64,000 nt of DNA from Alphaproteobacteria bacterium. Lineage in GTDB: Bacteria; Pseudomonadota; Alphaproteobacteria; CAAGCB01; CAG-977. The stretch spans positions 474,433-538,432 of the forward strand of contig CAAGEP010000003.1 of NCBI GenBank assembly GCA_900768875.1. The letters are read 5' to 3'. The first letter of the stretch is position 1. Every line of letters begins with the position of its first letter. The notes below the pieces were generated by a model, which saw only the letters and a list, made by a program, of their open reading frames with translations, was not told the origin of the DNA and did no database searches. Shown here piece by piece: positions 18,733 to 28,034 of the stretch. Position numbers and translations under genes: made by a program.

Positions 18733-21161
18733 TTTCCCTCCACAATGTGTTTTACTTTTTCGCTTAAATCCCGCAGGCTGAACGGCTTTGCCATAAAATG
18801 AAAATCGGGCATTTCGCCGATATCGCCGCGGGCGGCTTCCTCGGAAAAACCGGAAATCAGCAGAATTTTGGAATACACGCCGTCTTGGCGCAGTTTGTTC
18901 GCCAACGCCACGCCGTCCATCCCCGGCATGACCATATCCGTAATCAGCAAATCGAATGTCTGCCCTTCGCCCACTTTTTCCAAAGCTTCCTCGGCGCAAG
19001 TGCAGTCAACCACCGTATAGCCTTTGGCGGTCAAAGCGCGTTTGGTTACCGCGCGCACGCCGTCTTCGTCTTCGACCAACAGGATAACGCCCGACCCCGT
19101 CAAATCGGGCGCGGGCAAAGGCGGCGGCAAAGCCGGCTTGTCCGAAGCGAATGAAAACGTCAGCTGATCGCCCGCTTTGGGCGCATCGGGTTTGACCCGC
19201 ACGAATTCCGCCACCGCTTTGGCTTTCTGCAAACGCTGCGCCTGTTCCGCGGTTTGGTCGGATTCTTCGGTCAGGCGGCGGACTTCTTCGGACGAATGGC
19301 GCGGCAGGTAAATACTGAACGTCGTTCCCGCACCGACGGTGCTTTTCACGTTGATATAGCCTCCCGACTGGCGAATGTTGCCGTACACCATCGCCAACCC
19401 CAGTCCCGTTCCCGAATCGACGCCGCCCGATTTTGTTGAAAAGAACGGTTCGAAAATCCTTTGCAGGTTTTCTTCGCTGATGCCGCACCCCGTATCGGAA
19501 ATGTCGATAACGACGTATTCGCCGGGCATGACTTCCTCGGAACCGATGTACTGTCCCGCGGGAATCCGCTGAAACCGCGTGCGAATGGCAAAGGTTCCGC
19601 CGTCGGGCATCGCGTCGCGCGCATTGACCGCCAAGTTGACGAACACTTGATCGAACTGCGTTTTGTCCACGCGGATAAAGCCCAAATTCCGCCCGTGGTC
19701 GATTTGAATGACGGTCTTTGTCCCCAGCAGGCGGCGCAGCATGAATTGAAGCTCTGCAAAAATATCGGTTACATCCAAGTATTTCGGACGCAACGGCTGT
19801 TTGCGCGAATAAGACAACAACTGACCGACCAGACTTGCCGCGCGAGTCGCGCTGTATTGAATGTTTTTAAGCTCCGTAAAGTCGGGGTCGGACGCGGGGT
19901 GCGACTGCAGCAAAAGCTCAGTCGAACCGATAATCGCGGTTAAGAGGTTGTTGAAATCGTGAGCGATGCCGCCCGCCAACTGTCCGATTGCCTGCATTTT
20001 TTGGGCTTGAGAAAACTGAATCGACAGGTTTCGGCGTTCCGTATTGTCGATAAAGTGCGCAATAAAGCCGAACACGTCGGGCTTGCCGTCCTCATCGTCT
20101 TCGGTCATCGGAGTAATGTAAACGGCGGCATACTTTTCGGTTTCGGAGCTCAGTTTGACTTCGGCATGGGCGCGGGACAGCTGAGCCATCATAACCTTTG
20201 CCATTTTGTCCTTCAGTTCCGCCCAATCGTCGGTATCGATGCAGTCTTCCAGCTTTGTGCCGACCAGTTCTTCGCGCGTTTTGCCCGTCAGCTGGAACAA
20301 AATCGAGTTCGCTTCGGTAATCACGCCGTCCTTGTCCACGAAAGCAATACCGACGGGGGCTTCTTCAAACAATCGGGAAAAGCCGACTTCGGCGTCTTTT
20401 GCGCCCTGTTCGTGTTCTTCGCGCGAAGTCACGTCCCGCACGACGGACGCGCGCAGCATCGTTTCACCGTTTTCGTCGTAAACGGCATGGCTGACAAAAG
20501 CCGTGAACGTCCCGCCCGTTTGCGTGCGAAACGTCAGCTCGCCGTGCCAAAATCCGTCCAGTTCGGGAACATGATTTCCCGCCAGCAAATCGACCAGCTT
20601 CCTGCCTTTCAGTTCGCGGGGATTGTTGACGCCCAGCCAGTCGCAAAAGCGGCGGTTGACGAAGTTAATCACGCCGCCCGCGTCGATTTGATACAGTCCG
20701 ATGGGCAAAGCGTCCAGAAATTCCGCCATTTCCTGCGTTTCCTGCCGCATGACGGCATCCATCGCCCTTTGCGCCGTAATGTCGCGCACCCGCCACAGCG
20801 TCCCGACATCCGTTTGACGCAGGGAAACCGAGTACCATTCCCAGAAATCGGCATCGCCGCCTGTGGACTGCATCAGCAGTTCAACCGCCGTTTCGGCTTT
20901 GTTTTTCAAAGCGGCGTCCAGCTTTGCCATCGCCAAGCGGTTGCTGTCTTCGTCGGGCATCAGGCGATCGACGACGGCGGTTCTTAAATCCAGTATGCCG
21001 AAAAAGCTTTTGCCCGCGCGGTTCATGTAAATCAGATCGCCGTCCGTTCCGACCAAAGCCAAAGCGTCGGATTCGCTTTCCATCAATGCCGCCGTTCTGT
21101 CCGCGTCTTTGACATCAAAGCGCAGGGCTTTCGCAATTTTTTTCAAAAAAGACTGCGGCAT
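18729..21161 (-). CDS. Cytoplasmic hybrid sensor histidine kinase, CckA-like, with PAS-PAS-HisKA-HATPase-REC architecture.
   Basis: 810 aa. The H-box is QLAGGIAHDFNNLLTAIIG. The C-terminal receiver is LLVEDEDGVRAV...DLLITDMVMPGMDG. There is no N-terminal TM segment. It is translationally coupled to flhB, with zero gap. Confidence 0.7.
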   Translation of the reverse strand: MPQSFLKKIAKALRFDVKDADRTAALMESESDALALVGTDGDLIYMNRAGKSFFGILDLRTAVVDRLMPDEDSNRLAMAKLDAALKNKAETAVELLMQSTGGDADFWEWYSVSLRQTDVGTLWRVRDITAQRAMDAVMRQETQEMAEFLDALPIGLYQIDAGGVINFVNRRFCDWLGVNNPRELKGRKLVDLLAGNHVPELDGFWHGELTFRTQTGGTFTAFVSHAVYDENGETMLRASVVRDVTSREEHEQGAKDAEVGFSRLFEEAPVGIAFVDKDGVITEANSILFQLTGKTREELVGTKLEDCIDTDDWAELKDKMAKVMMAQLSRAHAEVKLSSETEKYAAVYITPMTEDDEDGKPDVFGFIAHFIDNTERRNLSIQFSQAQKMQAIGQLAGGIAHDFNNLLTAIIGSTELLLQSHPASDPDFTELKNIQYSATRAASLVGQLLSYSRKQPLRPKYLDVTDIFAELQFMLRRLLGTKTVIQIDHGRNLGFIRVDKTQFDQVFVNLAVNARDAMPDGGTFAIRTRFQRIPAGQYIGSEEVMPGEYVVIDISDTGCGISEENLQRIFEPFFSTKSGGVDSGTGLGLAMVYGNIRQSGGYINVKSTVGAGTTFSIYLPRHSSEEVRRLTEESDQTAEQAQRLQKAKAVAEFVRVKPDAPKAGDQLTFSFASDKPALPPPLPAPDLTGSGVILLVEDEDGVRAVTKRALTAKGYTVVDCTCAEEALEKVGEGQTFDLLITDMVMPGMDGVALANKLRQDGVYSKILLISGFSEEAARGDIGEMPDFHFMAKPFSLRDLSEKVKHIVEGK

Positions 21162-22259
21162 TTACGGCGTATCCTCCCCTTGGGGCAAAGTTTTTCCTTT
21201 CAGCCGATAGACATACTTGATGACTTCGGCCACAGCCGCATAATGCTCCGTCGGAATGGGAGAGTCAATTTCTACCGTTGCGAACAGCGCGCGCGCCAGC
21301 GGCGGATTTTCGACAATCGGCACATCGTTTTCCTTTGCGACCTCTTTGATTTTCTGCGCGATAAAGTCCTGCCCTTTGGCGACGCACACGGGCGCGTCCA
21401 TGCCTTCGTCGGGTTCATAGCGCAAAGCCACCGCAAAGTGGGTCGGGTTTGTTACAACGACGGACGCTTTCGGCACGTTCGCCATCATGCGTTTGCGGAA
21501 ACGCTCCATGCGGATAGAGCGCAAACGCATTTTGATTTGCGGATCGCCCTCGGTTTGCTTGTATTCCTCCTTGACTTCCTGTTTGGTCATGCGCTGACGC
21601 TTCAAGTAGGAAAACTTTTGATAAAAATAGTCGGCGAAAGCGATGACGAACACAATCATCACCATCGTCAGCAAAATCCACAGCAACAGCGAATACAGCA
21701 AATCGATAATCGACGCCACGTCAAACGACGGCGACGCCAGCACGTTGACAATGCGCGGTTTGACAATCAGCCATCCCGCATAGCCCACCGCCGCGATTTT
21801 CAGCAGCCCTTTTATCATATCGACGATTTTGGCTTTGGTGATGAATTCCTTGGCGTTGGCGAACAGGTTAATTCTGTCCCACTTCAGCGTCATGCGTTTG
21901 GGCGCGTACAGAAAACCGATTTGAACCAAAGCCGACGCTATCGCCAAAATCAAAAACAGCCCCAAAGGCGCGGCAACTGCAATCAGCATATCCAGCGATG
22001 TATCGCGCAGCAAATCGCGCAGTCCCAGCGGGTCCGTCGGCAGCTGTTCGGGGCGTTCGATGTACTTGACGGACAGCCGCGCCGTGTACTTCATCAAAAA
22101 CGGGCAAAGCCCCCACAGCATCATCAAAGCGGCAAACAGCATAAACCAGCTTTTGACTTCCTGAGACATGGGGACATGCCCTTCTTCGCGGGCGCGCTCC
22201 AGTTTTCGCTCGGAAGCCTCTTCTGTTTTCGAGGACTCGTCCTGATCGTCTTCAGCCAT
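21162..22259 (-). CDS. flhB: Flagellar export apparatus protein FlhB.
   Basis: 365 aa. The NPTH autocleavage motif (VVVTNPTHFAVAL) is present. The topology is FlhB-like. Confidence 0.85.
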   Translation of the reverse strand: MAEDDQDESSKTEEASERKLERAREEGHVPMSQEVKSWFMLFAALMMLWGLCPFLMKYTARLSVKYIERPEQLPTDPLGLRDLLRDTSLDMLIAVAAPLGLFLILAIASALVQIGFLYAPKRMTLKWDRINLFANAKEFITKAKIVDMIKGLLKIAAVGYAGWLIVKPRIVNVLASPSFDVASIIDLLYSLLLWILLTMVMIVFVIAFADYFYQKFSYLKRQRMTKQEVKEEYKQTEGDPQIKMRLRSIRMERFRKRMMANVPKASVVVTNPTHFAVALRYEPDEGMDAPVCVAKGQDFIAQKIKEVAKENDVPIVENPPLARALFATVEIDSPIPTEHYAAVAEVIKYVYRLKGKTLPQGEDTP

Positions 22260-22265
22260 TGCCCC

Positions 22266-23024
22266 TCACCTTAACAGCAATCCGATTTCGTCGTCAAAGA
22301 ACCGCAGGAACCACCGCATCACGGCGGGCAGAGTCACCATCATCAGCGCCAGCCCCAAATAGACTTGCAAAGGCATAATAATGAACAAAATGTTCAGTTG
22401 CGGCATCAAACGCGACATAATCCCCATGGACGAATACAGCACGACAATCATTAAAATGAACGGCGCGCCGATTCTGAATCCGTAATTGAATGCGGCGGAC
22501 AAAGTTTTCGTCAGCATTTCCGACATGTCGCCCGTCAGCAAATTCTGCCCGACGGGAAAAACGGCATAACTGTCCAGCACCGCCCCCAGCATCAAATGAT
22601 GCGCGTTCGTTACCACAATCAGCATCACCGCACACAGCGTCAGAAAGCTGGACAGCACGGTCGACTGCACCGACGTTTGCGGGTCAAGCACGGTCGCGTT
22701 TGAAAAGCTGGTCGCCATTGCGGCGTTCGTTCCCGCCAAATCCACGGCCGTCATCAAAAACGCGGGAAACAGCCCCAAAAACAGCCCGACCGTGATTTCA
22801 ATCAGCAGATATTTGAACAGCATCAAAACGCTTTCGGGCGGGGTCGGCATCACATTTGCCATAGCGGGGGTCAACGCCGCCGAAAACGCCAAAGCGAACA
22901 GCAGACGCACCCGCGCGGGAATGTAGCTTGACGAATAAAAGGGCATAAACAGCAACGCGCCGCCCAAACGGGCGAACGCGAATAAAAAGTGATACAGCTC
23001 CAGACTCAGCAGTTTTTCCCACAT
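22266..23024 (-). CDS. fliR: Flagellar export apparatus protein FliR.
   Basis: 252 aa polytopic membrane protein lying between fliQ and flhB. Confidence 0.8.
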   Translation of the reverse strand: MWEKLLSLELYHFLFAFARLGGALLFMPFYSSSYIPARVRLLFALAFSAALTPAMANVMPTPPESVLMLFKYLLIEITVGLFLGLFPAFLMTAVDLAGTNAAMATSFSNATVLDPQTSVQSTVLSSFLTLCAVMLIVVTNAHHLMLGAVLDSYAVFPVGQNLLTGDMSEMLTKTLSAAFNYGFRIGAPFILMIVVLYSSMGIMSRLMPQLNILFIIMPLQVYLGLALMMVTLPAVMRWFLRFFDDEIGLLLR

Positions 23025-23027
23025 CGC

Positions 23028-23297
23028 TTATGTTCCCAAAGCGACAATGCGGTCGAACAACCCCGCGGAAAACGTCCTTAACTGGTCAATCATAAACGGA
23101 AGCAGCAAAATCAGCGAAATGAACACCACCAGAATTTTCGGCACGAACACCAGCGTCATTTCTTGGATTTGAGTCAACGTCTGCACCAAACTGATAAGCA
23201 GACCGACAACCATCGCAATCATCAGCAACGGTCCCACGACCAGCAAAAGCGTGTAAATCGCGTCTTTACCGACCTCCAGAACCATAACGTCGTTCAT
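23028..23297 (-). CDS. fliQ: Flagellar export apparatus protein FliQ.
   Basis: 89 aa from the ATG at 23297 (MNDVMVLEVGKDAIYTLLLVVGPLL...), matching FliQ size and hydrophobicity. The ORF track's upstream extension is rejected. Confidence 0.75.
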   Translation of the reverse strand: MNDVMVLEVGKDAIYTLLLVVGPLLMIAMVVGLLISLVQTLTQIQEMTLVFVPKILVVFISLILLLPFMIDQLRTFSAGLFDRIVALGT

Positions 23298-23313
23298 TGA
23301 CCGCGCCCTTCCG

Positions 23314-23628
23314 TCAAATCGGCATTTGCAGAATATCTTGATAGGCGGAAACGACCTTGTCGCGCACGGCGACGACGGTTTGCAAAGCGACTTCGGCATT
23401 TGACACCGCCATAACGACCTCTTGAATATCCGCGGTTCCTTTGACGGCTTTCATACTCATCAATTCGGCGTATTGGTTATCCTTTTCCACCTGTTCGGCG
23501 GCAGAGCGCACCATTTCGGAAAACGTCCCCGCGGGCGAAACGGCTTTCGCTTCGTCGGCGGACGGCAAAACCGCGCGGGTCGCCGCCGTCTGATACGCCG
23601 AAAGAGCTTGGGAAATCTGATTGACCAT
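23314..23628 (-). CDS. fliE: Flagellar hook-basal body protein FliE.
   Basis: 104 aa. Follows flgC in the alphaproteobacterial flgB-flgC-fliE arrangement. Confidence 0.75.
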   Translation of the reverse strand: MVNQISQALSAYQTAATRAVLPSADEAKAVSPAGTFSEMVRSAAEQVEKDNQYAELMSMKAVKGTADIQEVVMAVSNAEVALQTVVAVRDKVVSAYQDILQMPI

Positions 23629-23646
23629 TTTCTATCCTTTCAAGCG

Positions 23647-24057
23647 TCAGCGGATTAAATCCAACGTGCGGCTCATCATATCCTTGGACACGGAAATCAC
23701 GTTCAAGTTCGCTTCGTAAGTTCTTTGCGCTTCTTTCATATCCATCGTTTCAATCAAAGGATTGACGTTCGGCAGCAACACATAGCCGTCTTTGTCGGCG
23801 GCGACGTGATTCGGGTCGTATTTGCGTTCCAGTTCGCTTCTGTCGCGGGAAACGCGTCCGACTTTGACCATTTCCGCACCCGTCGCCCTGTCCAGTTCGT
23901 TGCGGAACGTCACCGTTTTGCGGCGATAAGGCTGTCCGCCAGGCGTTTTGGCAAGCGAATCCGCGTTCGCCATATTTTCGGCGATGACGCGCAACCGTTG
24001 GGATTGGGCTTTCATGCCCGAAGCGGCGATTTTTTTGCTCAGCGTCAAATCATCCAT
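23647..24057 (-). CDS. flgC: Flagellar basal-body rod protein FlgC.
   Basis: 136 aa with conserved rod-protein termini (MDDLTLSKKIAASGMKAQSQRL...ANLNVISVSKDM). Confidence 0.85.
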   Translation of the reverse strand: MDDLTLSKKIAASGMKAQSQRLRVIAENMANADSLAKTPGGQPYRRKTVTFRNELDRATGAEMVKVGRVSRDRSELERKYDPNHVAADKDGYVLLPNVNPLIETMDMKEAQRTYEANLNVISVSKDMMSRTLDLIR

Positions 24058-24077
24058 GATATTCCTCCCTTACGGCA

Positions 24078-24521
24078 TTATTTGCCCAACGCGGTTCCCA
24101 GCAGAGCCATATTCTTTTTGAACAGAGTCGTTACCTGTTCGTGCTGACCGCGGGTTTCGTCGATTTTTGCCCATTGTTCCTCTAAAATCACACCGTTTTT
24201 ATCGATGACGGTTTCAAAGGGGCGGCGGGTTTCCTTGACTTTTGCCTTGCCGTCCGCGACGGGCGACAAGTGTTTCGGATCGGTTTTGACCATTTTCGCA
24301 TCCCCCGAAGCGGCGGTGCGGTGCATCGGATTCGTGCGCGTCAAAGGAACGTGTTTGCTTTCGCCGACGAATTCCTTGAACTTCAGCGGTTCGACATCGG
24401 ACGGCATATAGTTCGGCGTATTGGCGTTGGCGATGTTTTGGGACAAGACGGACTGTCTTTGCGCCAGCCAGCGCATTTTTTCTTCGCTCATTTGGTACAA
24501 GGACAAATTCTGCAAATCCAT
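24078..24521 (-). CDS. flgB: Flagellar basal-body rod protein FlgB.
   Basis: 147 aa. It is the first gene of the minus-strand flagellar block. Confidence 0.8.
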   Translation of the reverse strand: MDLQNLSLYQMSEEKMRWLAQRQSVLSQNIANANTPNYMPSDVEPLKFKEFVGESKHVPLTRTNPMHRTAASGDAKMVKTDPKHLSPVADGKAKVKETRRPFETVIDKNGVILEEQWAKIDETRGQHEQVTTLFKKNMALLGTALGK

Positions 24522-24558
24522 GTTCGACTCCCTTTCACATCATCTTGCGTTTTTTTAT

Positions 24559-24573
24559 TTAAGAAAAAGTGAA
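24559..24573. promoter_or_regulatory. Possible CtrA-type site (TTAA-N7-TGAA, one mismatch) 38 bp upstream of flgB.
   Basis: ttaa-gaaaaag-tgaa. The consensus is TTAA-N7-TTAA. Confidence 0.2.
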
Positions 24574-24722
24574 TCTTTTTCCCACCTTGTCAGCTTTGCA
24601 AGAACCGTGCCGATTCCAGATTGCCCGCTTTTCGCCCGAAATGCAAAGATTTTTCTTTTCCGCGCGCTTTTTAAAGCGTACAACCCGAAACACCTTTTCA
24701 TTTTAAAACGGAGTTTTGAAAA

Positions 24723-25058
24723 ATGCACGCTGTTTTACCTGTCGTTCTGTTGATTTGTTCGAACATTTTTATGACTTTTGCGTGGTACGGACACTTGAAA
24801 TTCAAATCGACTTCGCTGTGGGTGGTGATTTTGGTCAGCTGGGGAATCGCGTTTTTCGAATACTGCCTGCAAGTCCCCGCCAACCGAATCGGGCACGAGT
24901 ATTATTCCGCCGCCCAGCTCAAAGGCATGCAGGAAGTCATCACGCTGAGCGTCTTTGCCGTGTTTTCGATTTTTTATCTGGGCGAGCAAATCCGCTGGAA
25001 TCATATCGCGGGATTTATCCTTTTGGTCGTTGCGGGCGCATTGATTTTTAAACGCTGA
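24723..25058 (+). CDS. Small DMT-like membrane protein (DUF486-like).
   Basis: 111 aa with 4 predicted TM helices. Confidence 0.5.
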   Translation: MHAVLPVVLLICSNIFMTFAWYGHLKFKSTSLWVVILVSWGIAFFEYCLQVPANRIGHEYYSAAQLKGMQEVITLSVFAVFSIFYLGEQIRWNHIAGFILLVVAGALIFKR

Positions 25059-25103
25059 TACGGTATCATACGTTCAATATTGTTTTTTGAAAGGATACTG
25101 GCA

Positions 25104-26027
25104 ATGAGTGGTTTTGTCGTTTTTTTGATTGTTCTGGCAATCGTGGTCATTTCTTCGGGCGTCAAAACCGTGCCGCAAGGCATGGAATACACCGTCGAAC
25201 GGTTCGGACGCTACACGCACACTTTGAAACCGGGGCTGAGCCTGATTATCCCCTTTGTCGATTCCATCGGCGCGAAAGTCAACATGATGGAACAGGTTCT
25301 TGACGTTCCGTCGCAGGAAGTCATCACCAAAGACAACGCCATGGTTACCGTCGACGGCGTCGTGTTCTTCCAAGTGCTGGAAGCCGCCCCCGCCGTTTAC
25401 GAAGTCCGCCAGCTGCAGGTCGCGATTTTGAATTTGGTCATGACGAACATCCGTACCGTGATGGGGTCGATGGACTTGGACGAACTGCTCAGCCAGCGCG
25501 ACGTGATTAACCACCGCTTGCTGGAAGTCGTGGACAAGGCGACCGAAGCCTGGGGCGTCAAAGTCATGCGTATCGAAATCAAAGACATCACGCCGCCGCG
25601 CGATTTGGTCGATGCCATGGCGCGCCAGATGAAAGCCGAACGCGACAAACGCGCCCAAATTCTGGAAGCCGAAGGTCTGCGTCAAGCGCAAATTCTGAAA
25701 GCCGAAGGTGAAAAGCAATCCGTCGTTCTGGCGGCGGAAGGACGCAAGGAAGCCGCTTTCCGCGACGCCGAAGCCCGCGAACGCCAAGCCGAAGCGGAAG
25801 CCAAAGCGACCGCCTATGTTTCCGAAGCCATCGGCAAAGGCAACATCAACGCGATTAACTACTTCTTGGGTCAGAAATATCTGGACGCTTTGAAATCCAT
25901 CGGCACGGCGGACAATTCCAAAATGGTCATGCTGCCGCTGGAAGCGACCAACATTCTGGGGTCCATCGCGGGCATCGGCGAAATCGCCAAAGAAAGCTTG
26001 GCAAAACAGACAACCAAGCGAGGCTGA
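25104..26027 (+). CDS. SPFH/band-7 (stomatin-like) protein.
   Basis: The ATG at 25104 follows an AGGAT Shine-Dalgarno. N-terminal TM helix, then an SPFH core and an Ala/Glu-rich coiled coil. Confidence 0.8.
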   Translation: MSGFVVFLIVLAIVVISSGVKTVPQGMEYTVERFGRYTHTLKPGLSLIIPFVDSIGAKVNMMEQVLDVPSQEVITKDNAMVTVDGVVFFQVLEAAPAVYEVRQLQVAILNLVMTNIRTVMGSMDLDELLSQRDVINHRLLEVVDKATEAWGVKVMRIEIKDITPPRDLVDAMARQMKAERDKRAQILEAEGLRQAQILKAEGEKQSVVLAAEGRKEAAFRDAEARERQAEAEAKATAYVSEAIGKGNINAINYFLGQKYLDALKSIGTADNSKMVMLPLEATNILGSIAGIGEIAKESLAKQTTKRG

Positions 26028-26028
26028 T

Positions 26029-26469
26029 ATGGAATTTGCGGATTACTGGGGCTGGCTGACCGCGGGCGTGGTGCTGATGGTGTTGGAAATTCTGACGCCG
26101 GGGGTGTTCTTTATGTGGATAGGCTTCGGCGCGCTGCTGACGGGCTTGGTATCCGCGATGTTTCCTGCGGCGACGCCTGTCGTTTTGGGAACGGTTTTCG
26201 CCGTTCTGTCGGTCATTTCCGTCATCATCGGACGCAAGCTGATTGGCAAAAAACAAGCCGTCGACAACACTCTGAACAACCGCGGCGCGCTCTACATCGG
26301 GCAAAACTTTCAGGTCTTTGAACCGATTGCGGACGGACGCGGCAAAATCAAAGTCGGCGACACGCTTTGGCTGGCGTCCTGCCCTCAAAACGTCCCCGTC
26401 GGGGCAACCGTCAAAGTCACGGGCGTCAGCGGCACTTTCCTTGTGGTCGAGCCGGTTGATGAAAAATAA
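26029..26469 (+). CDS. NfeD-family membrane protein, partner of the SPFH protein.
   Basis: 146 aa with 3 TM helices and a C-terminal OB-fold-like tail. Starts 2 nt after the SPFH stop. Confidence 0.7.
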   Translation: MEFADYWGWLTAGVVLMVLEILTPGVFFMWIGFGALLTGLVSAMFPAATPVVLGTVFAVLSVISVIIGRKLIGKKQAVDNTLNNRGALYIGQNFQVFEPIADGRGKIKVGDTLWLASCPQNVPVGATVKVTGVSGTFLVVEPVDEK

Positions 26470-27985
26470 AGCTTTCTTTATCGGGGCAAGCCTTTGCGGG
26501 CTTGCTCTTTTATTTTTCGCCGTTTTTCCGCTGACCACGGGAGAACAGCTGCCTTATCGTTTTCACGAACATTTTTACAACACGCTGGAAATCGCGCGCG
26601 GTCATATCGTCAGCAACGACTTTTCTCCCGTTTGGGGGGGCGTTTTGACGAGCTTCGACGGTTGGTTTGACGGTCGGTCTTTTTTCGCCGCCGTTTACGC
26701 CGTTCTGATGTTGAGCGGCGCCGCGTTTTTGTTCCTGCTGTTCAAGCTGCTGAAAAAGCTTGATTTGCCGTTGACCGATGGCGGAAAGTTCGCCGTCGCC
26801 GCGTTTGCTTTGGCGTTTTACATCAAAACTGCCGTTTCTGGAACAGATGCCGCTTTGGCGATGCCTGCCGTTTTGCTTGCCGCGCTCGCTTTGCTTCACG
26901 CTCTTGAAAAGCCGCGCGTTTTAACGGGAATCGCGGGCGGATTGGCGGTGTCCGCGATGCTGTTGACGCGCTTTGACACTGCGGGATTCGCGATAACGTT
27001 CGCTTTGGTGTTTTATTTTCAGTTCAATGGCAAAGAACCCGTTTCTTACAAGCAATTTTTCGCTTTGATTGCGGGCTTGGCAATCGGCGTTCTGCCCGTA
27101 GCGGGCTATTGGCTGTGGGAAAAACACACATTCGGCGCGATTGTGCCGATGACGGTGCTCGGCTGGACAAATGCGCAAGGAAGCGCGCCGTGGCGTATGC
27201 TTCAGCTGCTGTTTATCGACCCTGTCCGCAATATGATTCATCAGCCGACCGCGATTGTTCTGGTCTCGTTTCCCGTTTTGCTGATTGCGCTGACGGCGTA
27301 TCATTCGTTCCCGTGGATTAAGCGCGAACAAACGCCCCGCGACACTTTGTTTTACAGTATGCTGTGGTTTCCCGTTTTTCAAATCACGGCGTTGGCGCTG
27401 TTCAGTTACATCCTTGTCCCCGATTACGCTTTTTACCCGCTGGGAATCGGCGCGCCCGTTGCTTTGGCGTATGCGATTAACCGCATTTCCGCCAATGTTC
27501 GCGGCGGCGACGTTACCCTTGCCGAAAAAAGCTGGCTGTTCGTCGGCGGCTGTATGACGGCACTATGCTTTTACATTCCTCTCCGTTCTTGCGATATGTC
27601 GTACAAGCAAGCGGTTGATGCTTTAAAACCGTTTATCGAAACGCATGCGGGAACATACGCCATGGGAAAAGGCGCAACAATCGCCGCCTTTGAAACGGAC
27701 GGCCGTTTTATCCGCTTGGACGGACCGGCGGCGGAGGCAAACCTGCAGACTTTATTGAAGAACCAAACCGACATCAACGCCGTGTTCAAACAATACGGCA
27801 TTGACTGGTACATCGGCATAAACTTGACCAAACAGGACAGCGGCTGCTACGGAATCCGCGAACCCAAGCAAAACAGTTTCGGCACAAACAAAAGCCTGCA
27901 AGGTTGGATGTGCGAAACACCCGTTGCGGAAATTTCCGCTTCGCCGACACTAAAACTGCAAATTTTCAATGTAAAACAGGAATAG
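26459..27985 (+). CDS. Large polytopic membrane protein, possibly a GT-C-type glycosyltransferase (ArnT/PMT-like). Function uncertain.
   Basis: 508 aa from the ATG at 26459. 10 or more TM helices and a C-terminal soluble domain. The ORF-track start at 26318 overlaps nfeD and is rejected. Confidence 0.5.
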   Translation: MKNKAFFIGASLCGLALLFFAVFPLTTGEQLPYRFHEHFYNTLEIARGHIVSNDFSPVWGGVLTSFDGWFDGRSFFAAVYAVLMLSGAAFLFLLFKLLKKLDLPLTDGGKFAVAAFALAFYIKTAVSGTDAALAMPAVLLAALALLHALEKPRVLTGIAGGLAVSAMLLTRFDTAGFAITFALVFYFQFNGKEPVSYKQFFALIAGLAIGVLPVAGYWLWEKHTFGAIVPMTVLGWTNAQGSAPWRMLQLLFIDPVRNMIHQPTAIVLVSFPVLLIALTAYHSFPWIKREQTPRDTLFYSMLWFPVFQITALALFSYILVPDYAFYPLGIGAPVALAYAINRISANVRGGDVTLAEKSWLFVGGCMTALCFYIPLRSCDMSYKQAVDALKPFIETHAGTYAMGKGATIAAFETDGRFIRLDGPAAEANLQTLLKNQTDINAVFKQYGIDWYIGINLTKQDSGCYGIREPKQNSFGTNKSLQGWMCETPVAEISASPTLKLQIFNVKQE

Positions 27986-28015
27986 CAAAAAGCGGTGTTG
28001 AAGAACACCGCTTTT
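27986..28015. terminator. Bidirectional rho-independent terminator between convergent genes.
   Basis: An A5 run, then hairpin gcggtgtt-gaag-aacaccgc, then a T5 run. Confidence 0.7.
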
Positions 28016-28034
28016 TATGTGTGAAACTCCGTTC

